Assembly (NCBI GenBank): GCA_045807625.1
Contig: JBJMHA010000012.1
Coordinates: forward strand, 76,432-140,431
Source: Thermoanaerobaculia bacterium
GTDB lineage: Bacteria > Acidobacteriota > Thermoanaerobaculia > Multivoradales > UBA5704
DNA length: 64,000 bases
Direction: 5' to 3'
Positions 27,389 to 36,363 of the stretch are shown here, piece by piece (the first letter of the stretch is position 1; every line of letters starts with the position of its first letter). The notes under the pieces are model-generated. The model searched no databases. It saw only the letters and a program-made list of their open reading frames with translations, and was not told the DNA's origin. The position numbers were made by a program, and so were the translations under genes.

Positions 27389-30145
27389 AATCACCAACAC
27401 CACGCCCCCCGCGACCCACACCCACACCGGCGCTCTCCACCCCTTCCGCCCGCCCGGCAGCGGCACCAGGTCGCCGTCTCCCAGGACCACGAGGCCGGCC
27501 CAGGCGGCGGCGGGCGCGCCGTCCTGGATCATCTCGCGCTGAGCGGCCTGGAGGGCGGCGGCCACGCTGCGCCCCTTCCCGAGATGGCGGTAGAAGCGGT
27601 CGAAGAGGTCGGCGGCCTCGTCGTCGCGCAGCCGCCAGAGGCTGGCGACCACGGTGTGGGCCCCGGCCTGGAAGAAGGCGCGGGCGAGGCTCATCACTCC
27701 CTCCCCCCGCAGCATCGCCCCGGTGTTGCTGCTGCAAGCCGAGAGCACGATCACCCGCCCCTGGAGGTCGAGGTCGACGATCTCGCGGATCTGGAGCAGG
27801 CCGTCCTGGTTGGCGGCTCCGGGGGCGAGCAGCACCCCCGAGCGGTCGGGATTGGCCTCGTCGGTCACCGCGTGGGTGGCGAAGTGGAGCACCCCGAAGC
27901 GCTGGAGCGGCGTGGTCTTCACGTAGACCTCGGAGGCGTCTTCCCCCAGGCGCTGGACGCTGCCGCCGCCGAGGTCGCGCACCACGGCGCGGCTCTCGGC
28001 GCGGGCGTAGGGGAGCGGCCCCAGGCGGATGCCCGAGGCGAAGACGGCCACCGCGGCGCGCTCCCTCGCCGCGGCGGGCTGGACGTCCTCTCTTCCCGGC
28101 AGAGGGGGATCGGCCAGGGCGAGCGCCGGGACGGGGGCCACGGCCGGCCGCCGCCCCTTCCAGCTCAGCCAGAGGGTGGCCGAGGGGACCTCGGTCAGCT
28201 CGTAGCGGGTGGCGAGGGGGGGCTCCTGGGGACCCGGCCGCAGGGCGGCGAACGGGAGCTGGTGAAGGGCGTCGTCCGGCACCAGGACCAGCCGCCGGAC
28301 GCCGGGGGGGAGCTCGCGCAACGGCTGCTCCAGCAGGCGCCGGTAGAGGCCGGCGGCGGGGATGGCCTCGGAGCCGTCCCGCCGGTCGAAGGTGCCGTTG
28401 AAGAGGCGCGCCGCCGGCCGCAGCTCGCCGCGGGCCGGGAGGCGGTAGACGCGGGTGCCCCCCTGGGTGGTCACGAGGAGCCAGGAGCCGCCGGCGAAGT
28501 CCCCCCGTTCGTCCTCCCAGGAGGAGACCTGGAAGGAGAGGAGGGCCTCGTCCGCGCCGAGGGCCTGCCGCACCCGCGCCAGAGTGGCGAAGTCGGGGCG
28601 GCGGGAGGCGTTGAGGGCCGGAGCGGCGCGGGCGAGCTGGTTGCGCAGGTCCGCCTCCTGGATCTCGAGCCGGTCGAGATCGCCGGTCGCCGCCGCGCGC
28701 TCGGCCGCCGGCAGGGCCGGATCGAGCAGGCGGCGCTGCACGGCCGAGATCCGCTCGAGGACCGCCCCCCGCTTCTGCCGGATCGGGACCGCGGCGATGG
28801 GCAGAGCGTGGGCGGCCTCCAGGGTATCGATCAGCGAGCGGGCGCGGAGCCGCTCGGCGACCTGGAAGGCCCGCTCGAGATCCTCCGGCTGCTTCTCCTT
28901 CAGGGCGGCGTCGAGCAGCCGTCCGGAGAGCCAGTAATAGTCCTCGGACCAGGTGGAGAACGCCTCGGCCTGGCCGGAGGAGGCCGCCTGCTGGTCGCGG
29001 AGCGCCTCGATGGCGTCGAGCGCCGAGCGGGAATCCTCGACTGCCCGTCCGGCTCCACCGGCGGCCCAGCTCGCGCGCATCCGCTCGCGCCAGGCGAAGG
29101 CCATGGACCAGGAGTCCTGGGCCTGGCGGGCCAGCTCGATGGAGCGGTCGATCAGCTCCTCCGCCTGGCGGGGGGAGGTGGCCGAGAGGAATCGGGCGAG
29201 GCCGTTCAGGCAGTTGCTCTTGTCCTGGGCCGTATCGGCCACGGCGAGGCAGGCGTCGAAGTGCCGCCGCGCCTCCTCCCCCTTGGCCAGGATGCCGAGC
29301 AGGAGATGGGTCTTTGCCGCGATCCCCTGGTTCCGCGCCACCACGGCGGCGTCGAGCGCCATCTGGGCGAAACGCGCGGCCTGCCGCCGCCCCTCCTCAC
29401 TGGGCAGCTCCGCGGTCTGGTCGAGGACCGCCCGGGCCATGCCGTAGCGTGCATTGGCCTCGGTGTAGGGATCTTTCTTCACCGCCGCCAGCTCCGCGAG
29501 GTGCCGGAAGGCTTCCAGGCCTTCCGCGTACCGCCCCAGATCGAGGTCCAGGTTCGCCAGGGCGAGCAGGCACTCCCTCTGGGGGTTATAGGGACCGTCG
29601 GGAAACAGCGCGGGCTCCGCCTGGCGGAGCAGGAGGTAGGCCGCTTCCAGATCCTTGCCGGTCCCCCAGAGATGCCGCGCCTTGAGGACCCGGGAGCGGG
29701 CGATCAGCACCGGATCGCCGGACGCCTGAGCCGCCCGCACCGTCTGCTCGACCTGGGCTTCGGCCTCGTCCACCCGGCCGGCGTTGAACAGCAGCCGGTA
29801 AAGGTTGACGTGAGCGGACACCTCCCCCATGGCGTCTCCCCGCGCGGCGAAGCTGGCCGCCACGCGGAGGAGATCCTGCGTGGGATTGGGATCGCGATAG
29901 ATCAGATAGAAGAGGGGCCACGGGCTTCCCGGATGCTGCCGCAACAGCTCCTGGAGCCTCGCCTTGGCCTTTTCCGTCTGCTGGAGGGCCCTACCGGTCT
30001 GATCGTAGCAACCGGCCGTCTCCTCGCTCTCCGGCTGCCGGACCGCGAGCTGGTCGCAGCGATCGAAGCTGAGAAGCGCCGTGGGAGCGGCGCCGGGGGA
30101 AGGGACGGCCGATAACGCCAGGAGACACAGAAGGGCCTGAAGCAT
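27338..30145 (-). CDS. Secreted/membrane-anchored TPR + CHAT (caspase-like) protease
   Basis: Signal peptide MLQALLCLLALSA; helical repeats; LHFATHA and VLSACSS catalytic His/Cys motifs; VVASLW; C-terminal TM helix. Confidence 0.9.
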   Translation of the reverse strand: MLQALLCLLALSAVPSPGAAPTALLSFDRCDQLAVRQPESEETAGCYDQTGRALQQTEKAKARLQELLRQHPGSPWPLFYLIYRDPNPTQDLLRVAASFAARGDAMGEVSAHVNLYRLLFNAGRVDEAEAQVEQTVRAAQASGDPVLIARSRVLKARHLWGTGKDLEAAYLLLRQAEPALFPDGPYNPQRECLLALANLDLDLGRYAEGLEAFRHLAELAAVKKDPYTEANARYGMARAVLDQTAELPSEEGRRQAARFAQMALDAAVVARNQGIAAKTHLLLGILAKGEEARRHFDACLAVADTAQDKSNCLNGLARFLSATSPRQAEELIDRSIELARQAQDSWSMAFAWRERMRASWAAGGAGRAVEDSRSALDAIEALRDQQAASSGQAEAFSTWSEDYYWLSGRLLDAALKEKQPEDLERAFQVAERLRARSLIDTLEAAHALPIAAVPIRQKRGAVLERISAVQRRLLDPALPAAERAAATGDLDRLEIQEADLRNQLARAAPALNASRRPDFATLARVRQALGADEALLSFQVSSWEDERGDFAGGSWLLVTTQGGTRVYRLPARGELRPAARLFNGTFDRRDGSEAIPAAGLYRRLLEQPLRELPPGVRRLVLVPDDALHQLPFAALRPGPQEPPLATRYELTEVPSATLWLSWKGRRPAVAPVPALALADPPLPGREDVQPAAARERAAVAVFASGIRLGPLPYARAESRAVVRDLGGGSVQRLGEDASEVYVKTTPLQRFGVLHFATHAVTDEANPDRSGVLLAPGAANQDGLLQIREIVDLDLQGRVIVLSACSSNTGAMLRGEGVMSLARAFFQAGAHTVVASLWRLRDDEAADLFDRFYRHLGKGRSVAAALQAAQREMIQDGAPAAAWAGLVVLGDGDLVPLPGGRKGWRAPVWVWVAGGVVLVILGLFAFRRFRGSVRSV

Positions 30146-30185
30146 TGGAGGGAGTTTAACCCAGCGCGACAATACCCGGTGGCCC

Positions 30186-30224
30186 AAAAGGAAAACGAGC
30201 GGCTCCGGGGAACCGCTCGTTTCC
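30186..30224 (-). terminator. Intrinsic terminator after the small peptide gene
   Basis: Stem AAACGAGCGG / CCGCTCGTTT followed by TCCTTTT on the minus strand. Confidence 0.7.
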
Positions 30225-30242
30225 TGAAAGCTCTCAGGTGGC

Positions 30243-30377
30243 TTAGCCGCCGGTCGGGCCACCCGGGCCGGGGTCGCCGCCGCCCGGAACCGTGCAGCAA
30301 TCACCGGGATCCGGACCGCCGTCCGGCGACGTGGGGCCAGCGTTCATCAGGGCTTGGTTCAGCAGCGTATCCTTCAT
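30243..30377 (-). CDS. Small Gly/Pro/Asp-rich peptide (44 aa; alternative starts 30395 or 30437)
   Basis: GAGGAG RBS 6 nt before ATG; MKDTLLNQALMNAGPTSPDGGPDPGDCCTVPGGGDPGPGGPTGG; own promoter motif upstream and terminator downstream. Confidence 0.65.
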   Translation of the reverse strand: MKDTLLNQALMNAGPTSPDGGPDPGDCCTVPGGGDPGPGGPTGG

Positions 30378-30449
30378 GACCATCTCCTCGTTCATCAATG
30401 TTCGTTGATTGGGTTTCGGGTTACAGTCTCGTTTCATCCCTACAGCCGG

Positions 30450-30480
30450 TAGAACGAACCAGACCGCCCGATCCCCTCAC
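30450..30480 (-). promoter_or_regulatory. ECF-type promoter motif copy A (GTGAGGGG-N16-CGTTCTA)
   Basis: Minus strand GTGAGGGG ATCGGGCGGTCTGGTT CGTTCTA upstream of the peptide gene. Confidence 0.65.
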
Positions 30481-30573
30481 TTTGTCTGTCACTACGCATG
30501 AGTCCCAGAAAAGTTACTCCCGGTTCTCATGTAAGTCGTTGATTAGATTAGATCTGTAGGATCTCTGGCATCT

Positions 30574-30760
30574 TTGCCCTCGGTCCTGCCTGCCCTCCGA
30601 AGCCTCACCCTCGGTCCCTCTCCACTGCGTGGAGAGGGAGGGCCCTGCGATCGATGTCGTACGAGATTCGGCAGGTTGTTTCAGCCACGTTCCCCCTCTC
30701 CACGAAGTGGAGAGGGGGCCAGGGGGTGAGGATTCGGAGGGCAGGACGCCCAGAGGGCAA
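30574..30760. repeat. Composite inverted-repeat (MITE/REP-like) element, copy 2
   Basis: Same CCTCACCC/CTCTCCAC..GTGGAGAG/GGGTGAGG architecture as copies at 18976 and 47484. Confidence 0.8.
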
Positions 30761-30776
30761 GGATGTGTTGACCGTC

Positions 30777-31442
30777 TTACCTCACCGGCGTGATGAACGT
30801 CCCCGAATTCTCATGCGTGCCGTCGGGCCGGACGGCGTCCACCTGCCAGAGGAGCCGGGCGCCGGAGGGCAGGCCCTTGAGCGCGCTCTCCGGGATGCGG
30901 TACTCGGTGGCGGCCTGCCCCTTGGCCGTGGCGACGGGGCGCAGGTCCTCGGTGCTCACCTCCAGGTCATAGGAGACGGCTCCCGCGAGTGGAGACCAGC
31001 GGAGCACGGCGGCCTGGCGGGGGAGCGCCTGCCCCTCCGGGAGGAGCGAGCGGATGCCGGCGTGCTGGACCTCGCGATAGGTGGGCTCCGGCAGGGGCTG
31101 ATTCGTGCGGTAGACCCCCACCGCGATCAGCAGGCCGGCGGCCAGGGCGGCCGCGGCGGCGAGCGGGCGCCACTGCCCGAAGCGCCCCTGGATCACCTTG
31201 CCGGGCACCGTGGCGGCCTTCTCCTCGTCCCGGCGCAACTCGGCGGCGAGCCGCCAGTCCTCGGCGCAGGAGGCGCAGGCGGCGACGTGGTCCACCACTT
31301 CCCTCATCCGCTCCGGGGGGAGCTCGCCCCGCACCGCCGACCAGAGCGTCTCTGGGGTGGGGCAGCTCGCCGGGTCCGGGGCGGCGTCCGGCTCCGCGAA
31401 GGCGGCGCGCCATCGGGAGATCTGCTGGGCCTCGTTGCTCAT
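30777..31442 (-). CDS. zf-HC2 anti-sigma factor (membrane-anchored)
   Basis: HVAACASC zinc motif, single TM helix, extracytoplasmic beta domain. Confidence 0.85.
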   Translation of the reverse strand: MSNEAQQISRWRAAFAEPDAAPDPASCPTPETLWSAVRGELPPERMREVVDHVAACASCAEDWRLAAELRRDEEKAATVPGKVIQGRFGQWRPLAAAAALAAGLLIAVGVYRTNQPLPEPTYREVQHAGIRSLLPEGQALPRQAAVLRWSPLAGAVSYDLEVSTEDLRPVATAKGQAATEYRIPESALKGLPSGARLLWQVDAVRPDGTHENSGTFITPVR

Positions 31443-31538
31443 CCTTGCACCTCTCTTCCGTTCCTCATCTCGACCTCATGGTAAATCAAGGAAATCATCT
31501 CCGGTTTCGGGGCTCCTGTTTCCAGGATCACCCGGGAG

Positions 31539-31569
31539 AGAAACGATCCGGGGCCCGGAAACCCCTCAC
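31539..31569 (-). promoter_or_regulatory. ECF-type promoter motif copy B, upstream of the anti-sigma gene
   Basis: Minus strand GTGAGGGG TTTCCGGGCCCCGGAT CGTTTCT. Confidence 0.6.
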
Positions 31570-31591
31570 GAACAAGGCGGATAAGCCGGGG

Positions 31592-31622
31592 GTGAGGGGA
31601 TCGGGACCTGAGCTCCGTTCTA
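31592..31622 (+). promoter_or_regulatory. ECF-type promoter motif copy C, divergent from copy B
   Basis: GTGAGGGG ATCGGGACCTGAGCTC CGTTCTA. Confidence 0.6.
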
Positions 31623-31627
31623 TCCGG

Positions 31628-31740
31628 CGGGCCGGCCCCATCCGGTCTCTTCGGTGGCCCGGAAGGCGCCGAAGGCATCCTCAACACAGCGAGAATTCTG
31701 CCGTCTATAGCCGCCCGGGATCCCGGGCGGCCCTTTTTTC
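31628..31740 (+). ncRNA. Candidate small RNA (~110 nt)
   Basis: Lies between promoter copy C and palindrome GCCGCCCGGGATCCCGGGCGGC + CCTTTTTT (31710-31739); no ATG-initiated ORF. Confidence 0.4.
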
Positions 31741-32296
31741 AGCTCTGGATCCCCTTCGTGCCCAGGCAGCCGCGCAGGTCCGACATCCCCCGGTAGACCA
31801 GGTTCTCCGCCTTCTTGGCGGTCCACCCCAGGAGGCGGCCGATCTCGGGCACGCTGTGCCCCTGGAGATTGAGGGTCACGGCGTGGCGGCGCGGGGAGAC
31901 CATGCGGCCCAGGCAGTCGCGGATGGCGCGGCCGACCTGGCGGCCGGCCGAGGCGCGCTCCGGGTCGGGATCGGGAGCGGCGGGATCGTAGACCACCACC
32001 ACCTCCTCGCCGCTCCCCCCTTCGAGCGAGACCTCCTGGCGCCGCCGCAACCGGCGGATCTCGTCGATCATCGCGCTGTAGGCCGCCTTCTTGAGATAGA
32101 AGGCCGAAAACTCGGCCGTCCCCTCCTTCTTGCGCTGGATCTCCATCACCCGCATCAGCGCCACCTGCACGAGGTCGTCCGCCCGGTCCGCCATCCAGCG
32201 CGGGCAGACGCGGTCCACGGCGCGCACCAGGTCGCGGTGGAGCTGCGCGTAGTCCATCGGGGATTCGGGGCTTTTCTGCGGCGTATCCGTGATCAA
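31739..32296 (-). CDS. ECF RNA polymerase sigma-70 factor
   Basis: ADDLVQVAL (region 2), AYSAMIDEIRR, GHSVPEIGRLLG...ENLVYRG (region 4). Confidence 0.88.
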   Translation of the reverse strand: MITDTPQKSPESPMDYAQLHRDLVRAVDRVCPRWMADRADDLVQVALMRVMEIQRKKEGTAEFSAFYLKKAAYSAMIDEIRRLRRRQEVSLEGGSGEEVVVVYDPAAPDPDPERASAGRQVGRAIRDCLGRMVSPRRHAVTLNLQGHSVPEIGRLLGWTAKKAENLVYRGMSDLRGCLGTKGIQS

Positions 32297-32344
32297 GGCG
32301 TCCCTCCCGGCGGGCGATAGCCTACTACGAGGCGCGGGCCCTCA

Positions 32345-32674
32345 TCACCCCGGCCCCTCCTTCCCGTCCCCCTCCTGCCACCGGCGCCAGGGGCGGAGCA
32401 CCTCATACCTCGGTACCGCCAGCGGGTGGTCGCGGTGGACCACCGCCAGGCGCCGGCGCTCCAGCCGGTTGACCGCCTCCTGCACCGCCCGCTTGGAGAG
32501 GCCGGTGCTCTCGGCCAGCACGCGCAGGCTGACCGGCTCGCTCACCCTCCGGCCCCCCTCCGTGCCCTTCCAGAGGAACAGGTAGACCAGGAACGCGGAC
32601 GGCTGGTGGTCGTGCCCGACCAGGTCCTGCATCAGCGTGTCGATGACGTAGGCATCGACCTCGACGGTCTTCAT
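32345..32674 (-). CDS. Winged helix-turn-helix protein
   Basis: SLRVLAESTGLSKRAVQEAVNRLERRRL. Confidence 0.75.
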   Translation of the reverse strand: MKTVEVDAYVIDTLMQDLVGHDHQPSAFLVYLFLWKGTEGGRRVSEPVSLRVLAESTGLSKRAVQEAVNRLERRRLAVVHRDHPLAVPRYEVLRPWRRWQEGDGKEGPG

Positions 32675-32804
32675 GCCGGCGGCCTCAGGAAGAGACTATG
32701 GCAATGGTTGCCATAGCAGGGATTTCGGATCTTGACGCTCCGGCGGCGCCGGCCGAGACTGGCATGGACGGACGGAACGACGACTTCCTTCAAGGAGCGA
32801 CACG

Positions 32805-33170
32805 ATGATCAAGGGGATCAAATTCGCCTCGGTACCGGTATCGGATCAGGATCGCGCGCTGGCATTCTACACAGAGAAGCTCGGCTTCGCCGTGGCCACC
32901 GACCAGCCGTTCAACGACAAGCAGCGCTGGATCGAGCTGCGCATCCCGGGCGCGGCCACCGGCCTGGTCCTGTTCACGCCGGACGGCCACGAAGACCGCA
33001 TCGGCACCTTCTCCAGCATCTCCTTCACCACCGACGACATCCAGAAGACCTACCGGGAGCTCTCGGAGCGCGGCGTCGAATTCTCCGGCCCGCCGAAGTC
33101 CGCCGAGTGGGGCTCCTTCGCGATGTTCAAGGACCCCGACGGCAACCAGTTCGTCCTCTCCGCCAGCTAG
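32805..33170 (+). CDS. VOC/glyoxalase family protein
   Basis: VSDQDRALAFYTEKLGF...FKDPDGNQF; AAGGAG RBS. Confidence 0.9.
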   Translation: MIKGIKFASVPVSDQDRALAFYTEKLGFAVATDQPFNDKQRWIELRIPGAATGLVLFTPDGHEDRIGTFSSISFTTDDIQKTYRELSERGVEFSGPPKSAEWGSFAMFKDPDGNQFVLSAS

Positions 33171-33229
33171 GCGCCGGGAACGGTCCCGCCGGGCGGAGAG
33201 CGCCCTTCCGCCCGGCCCTCCCGGCTCCG

Positions 33230-33520
33230 GATTGACCGCCGCCAGGCGCTGATACAGCGAGCCGCCGAACGCGAGCGCCGCATTGCTGCTCGCCGTTTCG
33301 CAGGCGTTCAGGACGGCGACGGCTGGAAGCGAGGAGCGCAGCAGGGCTGCGAGCTCGCGGCTGCTCAGATGGTCCTGTCCCCCTCCTCGGTTTTGAACAG
33401 GAGGGTGCCCGCGCCGGTCTTCGGATCGAAACCTCCGTGCCCCATGAAGTGCAGGACATGCACCGGCTCCGTGGCAACGGCCTCCAGCAGCGCCTTCCGG
33501 GAGCGGAGAGATGCTTGGGG
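33230..33520 (-). pseudogene. Frameshifted CHAT-domain remnant
   Basis: VHVLHFMGHGGFD...GTLLF in one frame and LAALL...AVLNACET...FGGSLYQRL in another; no start or N-terminal part. Confidence 0.7.
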
Positions 33521-33525
33521 CTGAC

Positions 33526-33924
33526 TCAGATGAAGACCGCCGGTGAGACCCTGAAGCGCCCGGCGAGTGCACGGATCTCGCCAAGGTGCCACTCCTTCTC
33601 CCCGGCAAGGACAGCGCGCACAGCCGGGGCTCCGCCGAGCTCGGGCAGGTCGCCGGGGCCGAGGCCGTGCTCTTCCATCAGATACTCCAGAACCTCGGGT
33701 CCGCTGGCCTCGGGAATGGAGACGTGCTCTTCCTCGTAGGCATGAACGAGGGTTCCCAGGATATCGAGAAACCCGTACAGCGGATGCCGGTCGTCGTCGC
33801 CAATTTCTTCGAGCAACGAGCTCAGACGGTCGACGGCAGAGGCATAGTCCTGCTCGTTGCGGATCGTCAGCAGAGGTCCGATGGCTCGCCAGTGGTCCTG
33901 TGTTTCTTTGCGCAGCGCACTCAT
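33526..33924 (-). CDS. higA: HigA-like antitoxin (HTH)
   Basis: IRNEQDY...LGTLVHAYEEEH...LEYLMEEHGL...IRALAGRFRVSPAVFI; ATG overlaps the toxin's natural stop. Confidence 0.8.
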   Translation of the reverse strand: MSALRKETQDHWRAIGPLLTIRNEQDYASAVDRLSSLLEEIGDDDRHPLYGFLDILGTLVHAYEEEHVSIPEASGPEVLEYLMEEHGLGPGDLPELGGAPAVRAVLAGEKEWHLGEIRALAGRFRVSPAVFI

Positions 33925-34206
33925 GATTTCCAAGCTCCCTGGTCGTATTCTGCGTGGGTCAGCACATGCCGGACGTAGACTCTCGCACGGTTGAAGTGGA
34001 TCGCGGCGATCAACCGGTACTTGTTTCCTCCAATGTTGAAGACAATGAGGTCCCACCCAGTCAGCGCTTGGAAACGTAGCTCTCAGCTCGTTGAAGTCTT
34101 TGAAGTCGGTCTTCCGGATAATGGTGTACCAACGGCTGAGCGGGCTCTGACTGTCGGGATGTCCCTCCCCAAATTCTCGCAGGGCCTTGCGGGAGATGAT
34201 GTGCAT
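33921..34206 (-). pseudogene. higB: HigB-like toxin, frameshifted near 34051
   Basis: MHIISRKALREF...TFPSADWVG continues in another frame as LIVFNIGGNKYRLIAAIHFN...VLTHAEYD...WKS*. Confidence 0.8.
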
Positions 34207-34949
34207 GACAAGGCCCTTCGGCGTCTAGATGATACCAGCAACCGGTGCGCGTTGCCGCCCATCACCAACGCCTCCTGATCGGCGGGAAGGCGGAGCAGTC
34301 TGATCTTTTCCAGCTCCAGGCCGGGATGGAGCCAGGGGCCGTCGGTGCCCAGGAGGAGCTTGCCGGCGCCGGCCTTGCGGACGGCTTCGACCAGGTAGTC
34401 GAAACGGCGCACGCCCGAGGTGTCGGCGTAGACGTTGGGGTAGCGCGCCAGGATGTCCACCATCTGCTGCTGCGCGCGCCAGTCGTCCCAGAAGCTCCCC
34501 ATGTGGGCCACCACGAAGGGGACGTCCGGATACTGCGGCGCCAGCATGTGAAGGACGTAGGGGCGGCCGGTCACGTCCACCAGGATGGGGATCCGGTTCT
34601 CCCGCGCCGCCTCGCAGACCTCGCGCGTGGGCATGGCGTCGGTGCCATGGACCTTGATCCCCCGGAACCCCCACTCGCGGACGGCCCGGCGGACCATGGC
34701 GCGGATGCGGCCGGCGTCCCGCTTGGCGTGGACGAAGGCGAAGCCGATCAGCCGCGGATTTCCCGCCACGATGCGGGCCAACTCGGCGTTGGCCTGCGAG
34801 TAGTCGCTGTGGAAGCAGGGGACGACCACCGTATGGGTGATCCCCGCCTCGCGGGCGCGCCGCAGGTATTTACCCAGGGGAGCGTCGGTGAACGGAGGGC
34901 CGGTCATGCCGTCGCCGCGGCCAGCGTGGCAGTGGAAATCGACGATCAT
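34083..34949 (-). CDS. Amidohydrolase family (Amidohydro_2) protein
   Basis: DFHCH, GIKVH, VAHMG, VYADTS, LLLGTDGP; ATG overlaps the M20 stop; C-terminus runs into higB. Confidence 0.88.
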   Translation of the reverse strand: MIVDFHCHAGRGDGMTGPPFTDAPLGKYLRRAREAGITHTVVVPCFHSDYSQANAELARIVAGNPRLIGFAFVHAKRDAGRIRAMVRRAVREWGFRGIKVHGTDAMPTREVCEAARENRIPILVDVTGRPYVLHMLAPQYPDVPFVVAHMGSFWDDWRAQQQMVDILARYPNVYADTSGVRRFDYLVEAVRKAGAGKLLLGTDGPWLHPGLELEKIRLLRLPADQEALVMGGNAHRLLVSSRRRRALSCTSSPARPCENLGRDIPTVRARSAVGTPLSGRPTSKTSTS

Positions 34950-36352
34950 GCCACGGCCTCCGTCTGGAGCGTCGCGTCGGCGTTGCGCTCCGATCGCACC
35001 AGCGCCATCTCCTCGAGGAAGGCGGCGCAGGTGGCAATGCCCCGTTCGAAGTTGGGGAGGTAGAAGCGCTCGTTGGGGGCATGGATGCGATCGGTGGGCA
35101 GGCCGAAGCCCATCAAAGCGGTAGGAATCCCGAGGATCTCCTGGAACAGGTTGACGACCGGGATGCTGCCGCCGGAACGCAGGAAGACGGGCGCGGCCCC
35201 GAATCCGCGTTTATAGGCGCGCGCGGCCGCTCGGATCGCCGCATGCCGGCGGTCGATCTCCGCCGGCCGCGCCCGCAGTTGAGTCTTCACCTGCGAGCGC
35301 ACCGTCGCCGGCGTCAGACGGGCGAGATGGTGCCGCACCAGGGCTTCGATCTCGGCCGGATCCTGCTCCGGCACCAGGCGGAAGTTGAGCTTGGCCGAGG
35401 CGTGGGCGGGGATGATGGCCTTGCTCCCTTCGCCCTGATAGCCGCCGGTCAGACCGCAGATCGACATCGAGGGGCGCACCGTCGTCCGTTCGTACAGCGA
35501 GAATCCGGGCTCGCCCCAACTCCGTTCGGTCTTGGCGTCCGCGAGGATCTTGGCGTCGGAAGGGCCCACCGTCGCCATGTAGGACCTCTCGCGCGGATCG
35601 AGCGGGCGAACGCGGTCGTAGAAGCCGGGGATGGCGATGTGTCCCTCACGGTCGTGCAGGCACGTGACGATCTCGCAGAGGACCTGGAGAGGATTGTGGA
35701 CGGCGCCGCCGACGGTGCCGGAGTGGAGGTCCTTCGCGGGACCGGTCACCTCCAGCTCCAGGCTCAAGCCGCCGCGCAGCGAATAGGTGAGCGCCGGCTG
35801 CCGGGGTCCCAGCATGCGGGTGTCGGATACCACGGCGGCGTCGGCGGCCAGCTCCCCGGCGTGCTTCGTCAGAAAAGGTTTCAAATTGGGGCTGCCGATC
35901 TCCTCCTCTCCTTCGAAGAGGCACTTGACGTTGACCGGCAGCCGGCCCGCGGTCCGCAGATACGACTCCAGGGCTTTCACGTGAGCGAAGAGCTGCCCCT
36001 TGTCGTCGGCGCTCCCGCGGCCGTAGAGGTGCTGGCCGCGCACCGTGGGCTCGAAGGGCGGGGTCCGCCAGTCCTTGAGTGGATCGGGAGGCTGGACGTC
36101 GTAATGGCCGTAGATCAGCACGGTAGTTTTTCCCGGTGCCCGCAGCCATTCGGCGTAGACGATAGGATGCCGGGGCGTCGCGATCAGTCGGACGCCCGCC
36201 ATACCGATTCGCTGGAGCTGCTGCGCGAGCCATTCCGCGCAGGCCCGCACGTCCTCCGCATGGGCGGATTGGGCGCTGATCGACGGGAAGCGGACGAACC
36301 GCTTGAGCTCGGCGAGAGAGCGAGACCTGTGGGTAAGGGAGTAGGGATGCAA
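34946..36352 (-). CDS. M20 family dipeptidase
   Basis: YGHYDVQP, GRGSADDKG, EGEEEIGS, DLHSG, GGSIP, HAPNE. Confidence 0.92.
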   Translation of the reverse strand: MHPYSLTHRSRSLAELKRFVRFPSISAQSAHAEDVRACAEWLAQQLQRIGMAGVRLIATPRHPIVYAEWLRAPGKTTVLIYGHYDVQPPDPLKDWRTPPFEPTVRGQHLYGRGSADDKGQLFAHVKALESYLRTAGRLPVNVKCLFEGEEEIGSPNLKPFLTKHAGELAADAAVVSDTRMLGPRQPALTYSLRGGLSLELEVTGPAKDLHSGTVGGAVHNPLQVLCEIVTCLHDREGHIAIPGFYDRVRPLDPRERSYMATVGPSDAKILADAKTERSWGEPGFSLYERTTVRPSMSICGLTGGYQGEGSKAIIPAHASAKLNFRLVPEQDPAEIEALVRHHLARLTPATVRSQVKTQLRARPAEIDRRHAAIRAAARAYKRGFGAAPVFLRSGGSIPVVNLFQEILGIPTALMGFGLPTDRIHAPNERFYLPNFERGIATCAAFLEEMALVRSERNADATLQTEAVA

Positions 36353-36363
36353 GCGGCAGCCCT

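Noticed and set aside
33526-34206. Genuine 226-aa toxin-antitoxin fusion protein
   Set aside because: The conserved HigB C-half is present in another frame, so the fusion results from a frameshift
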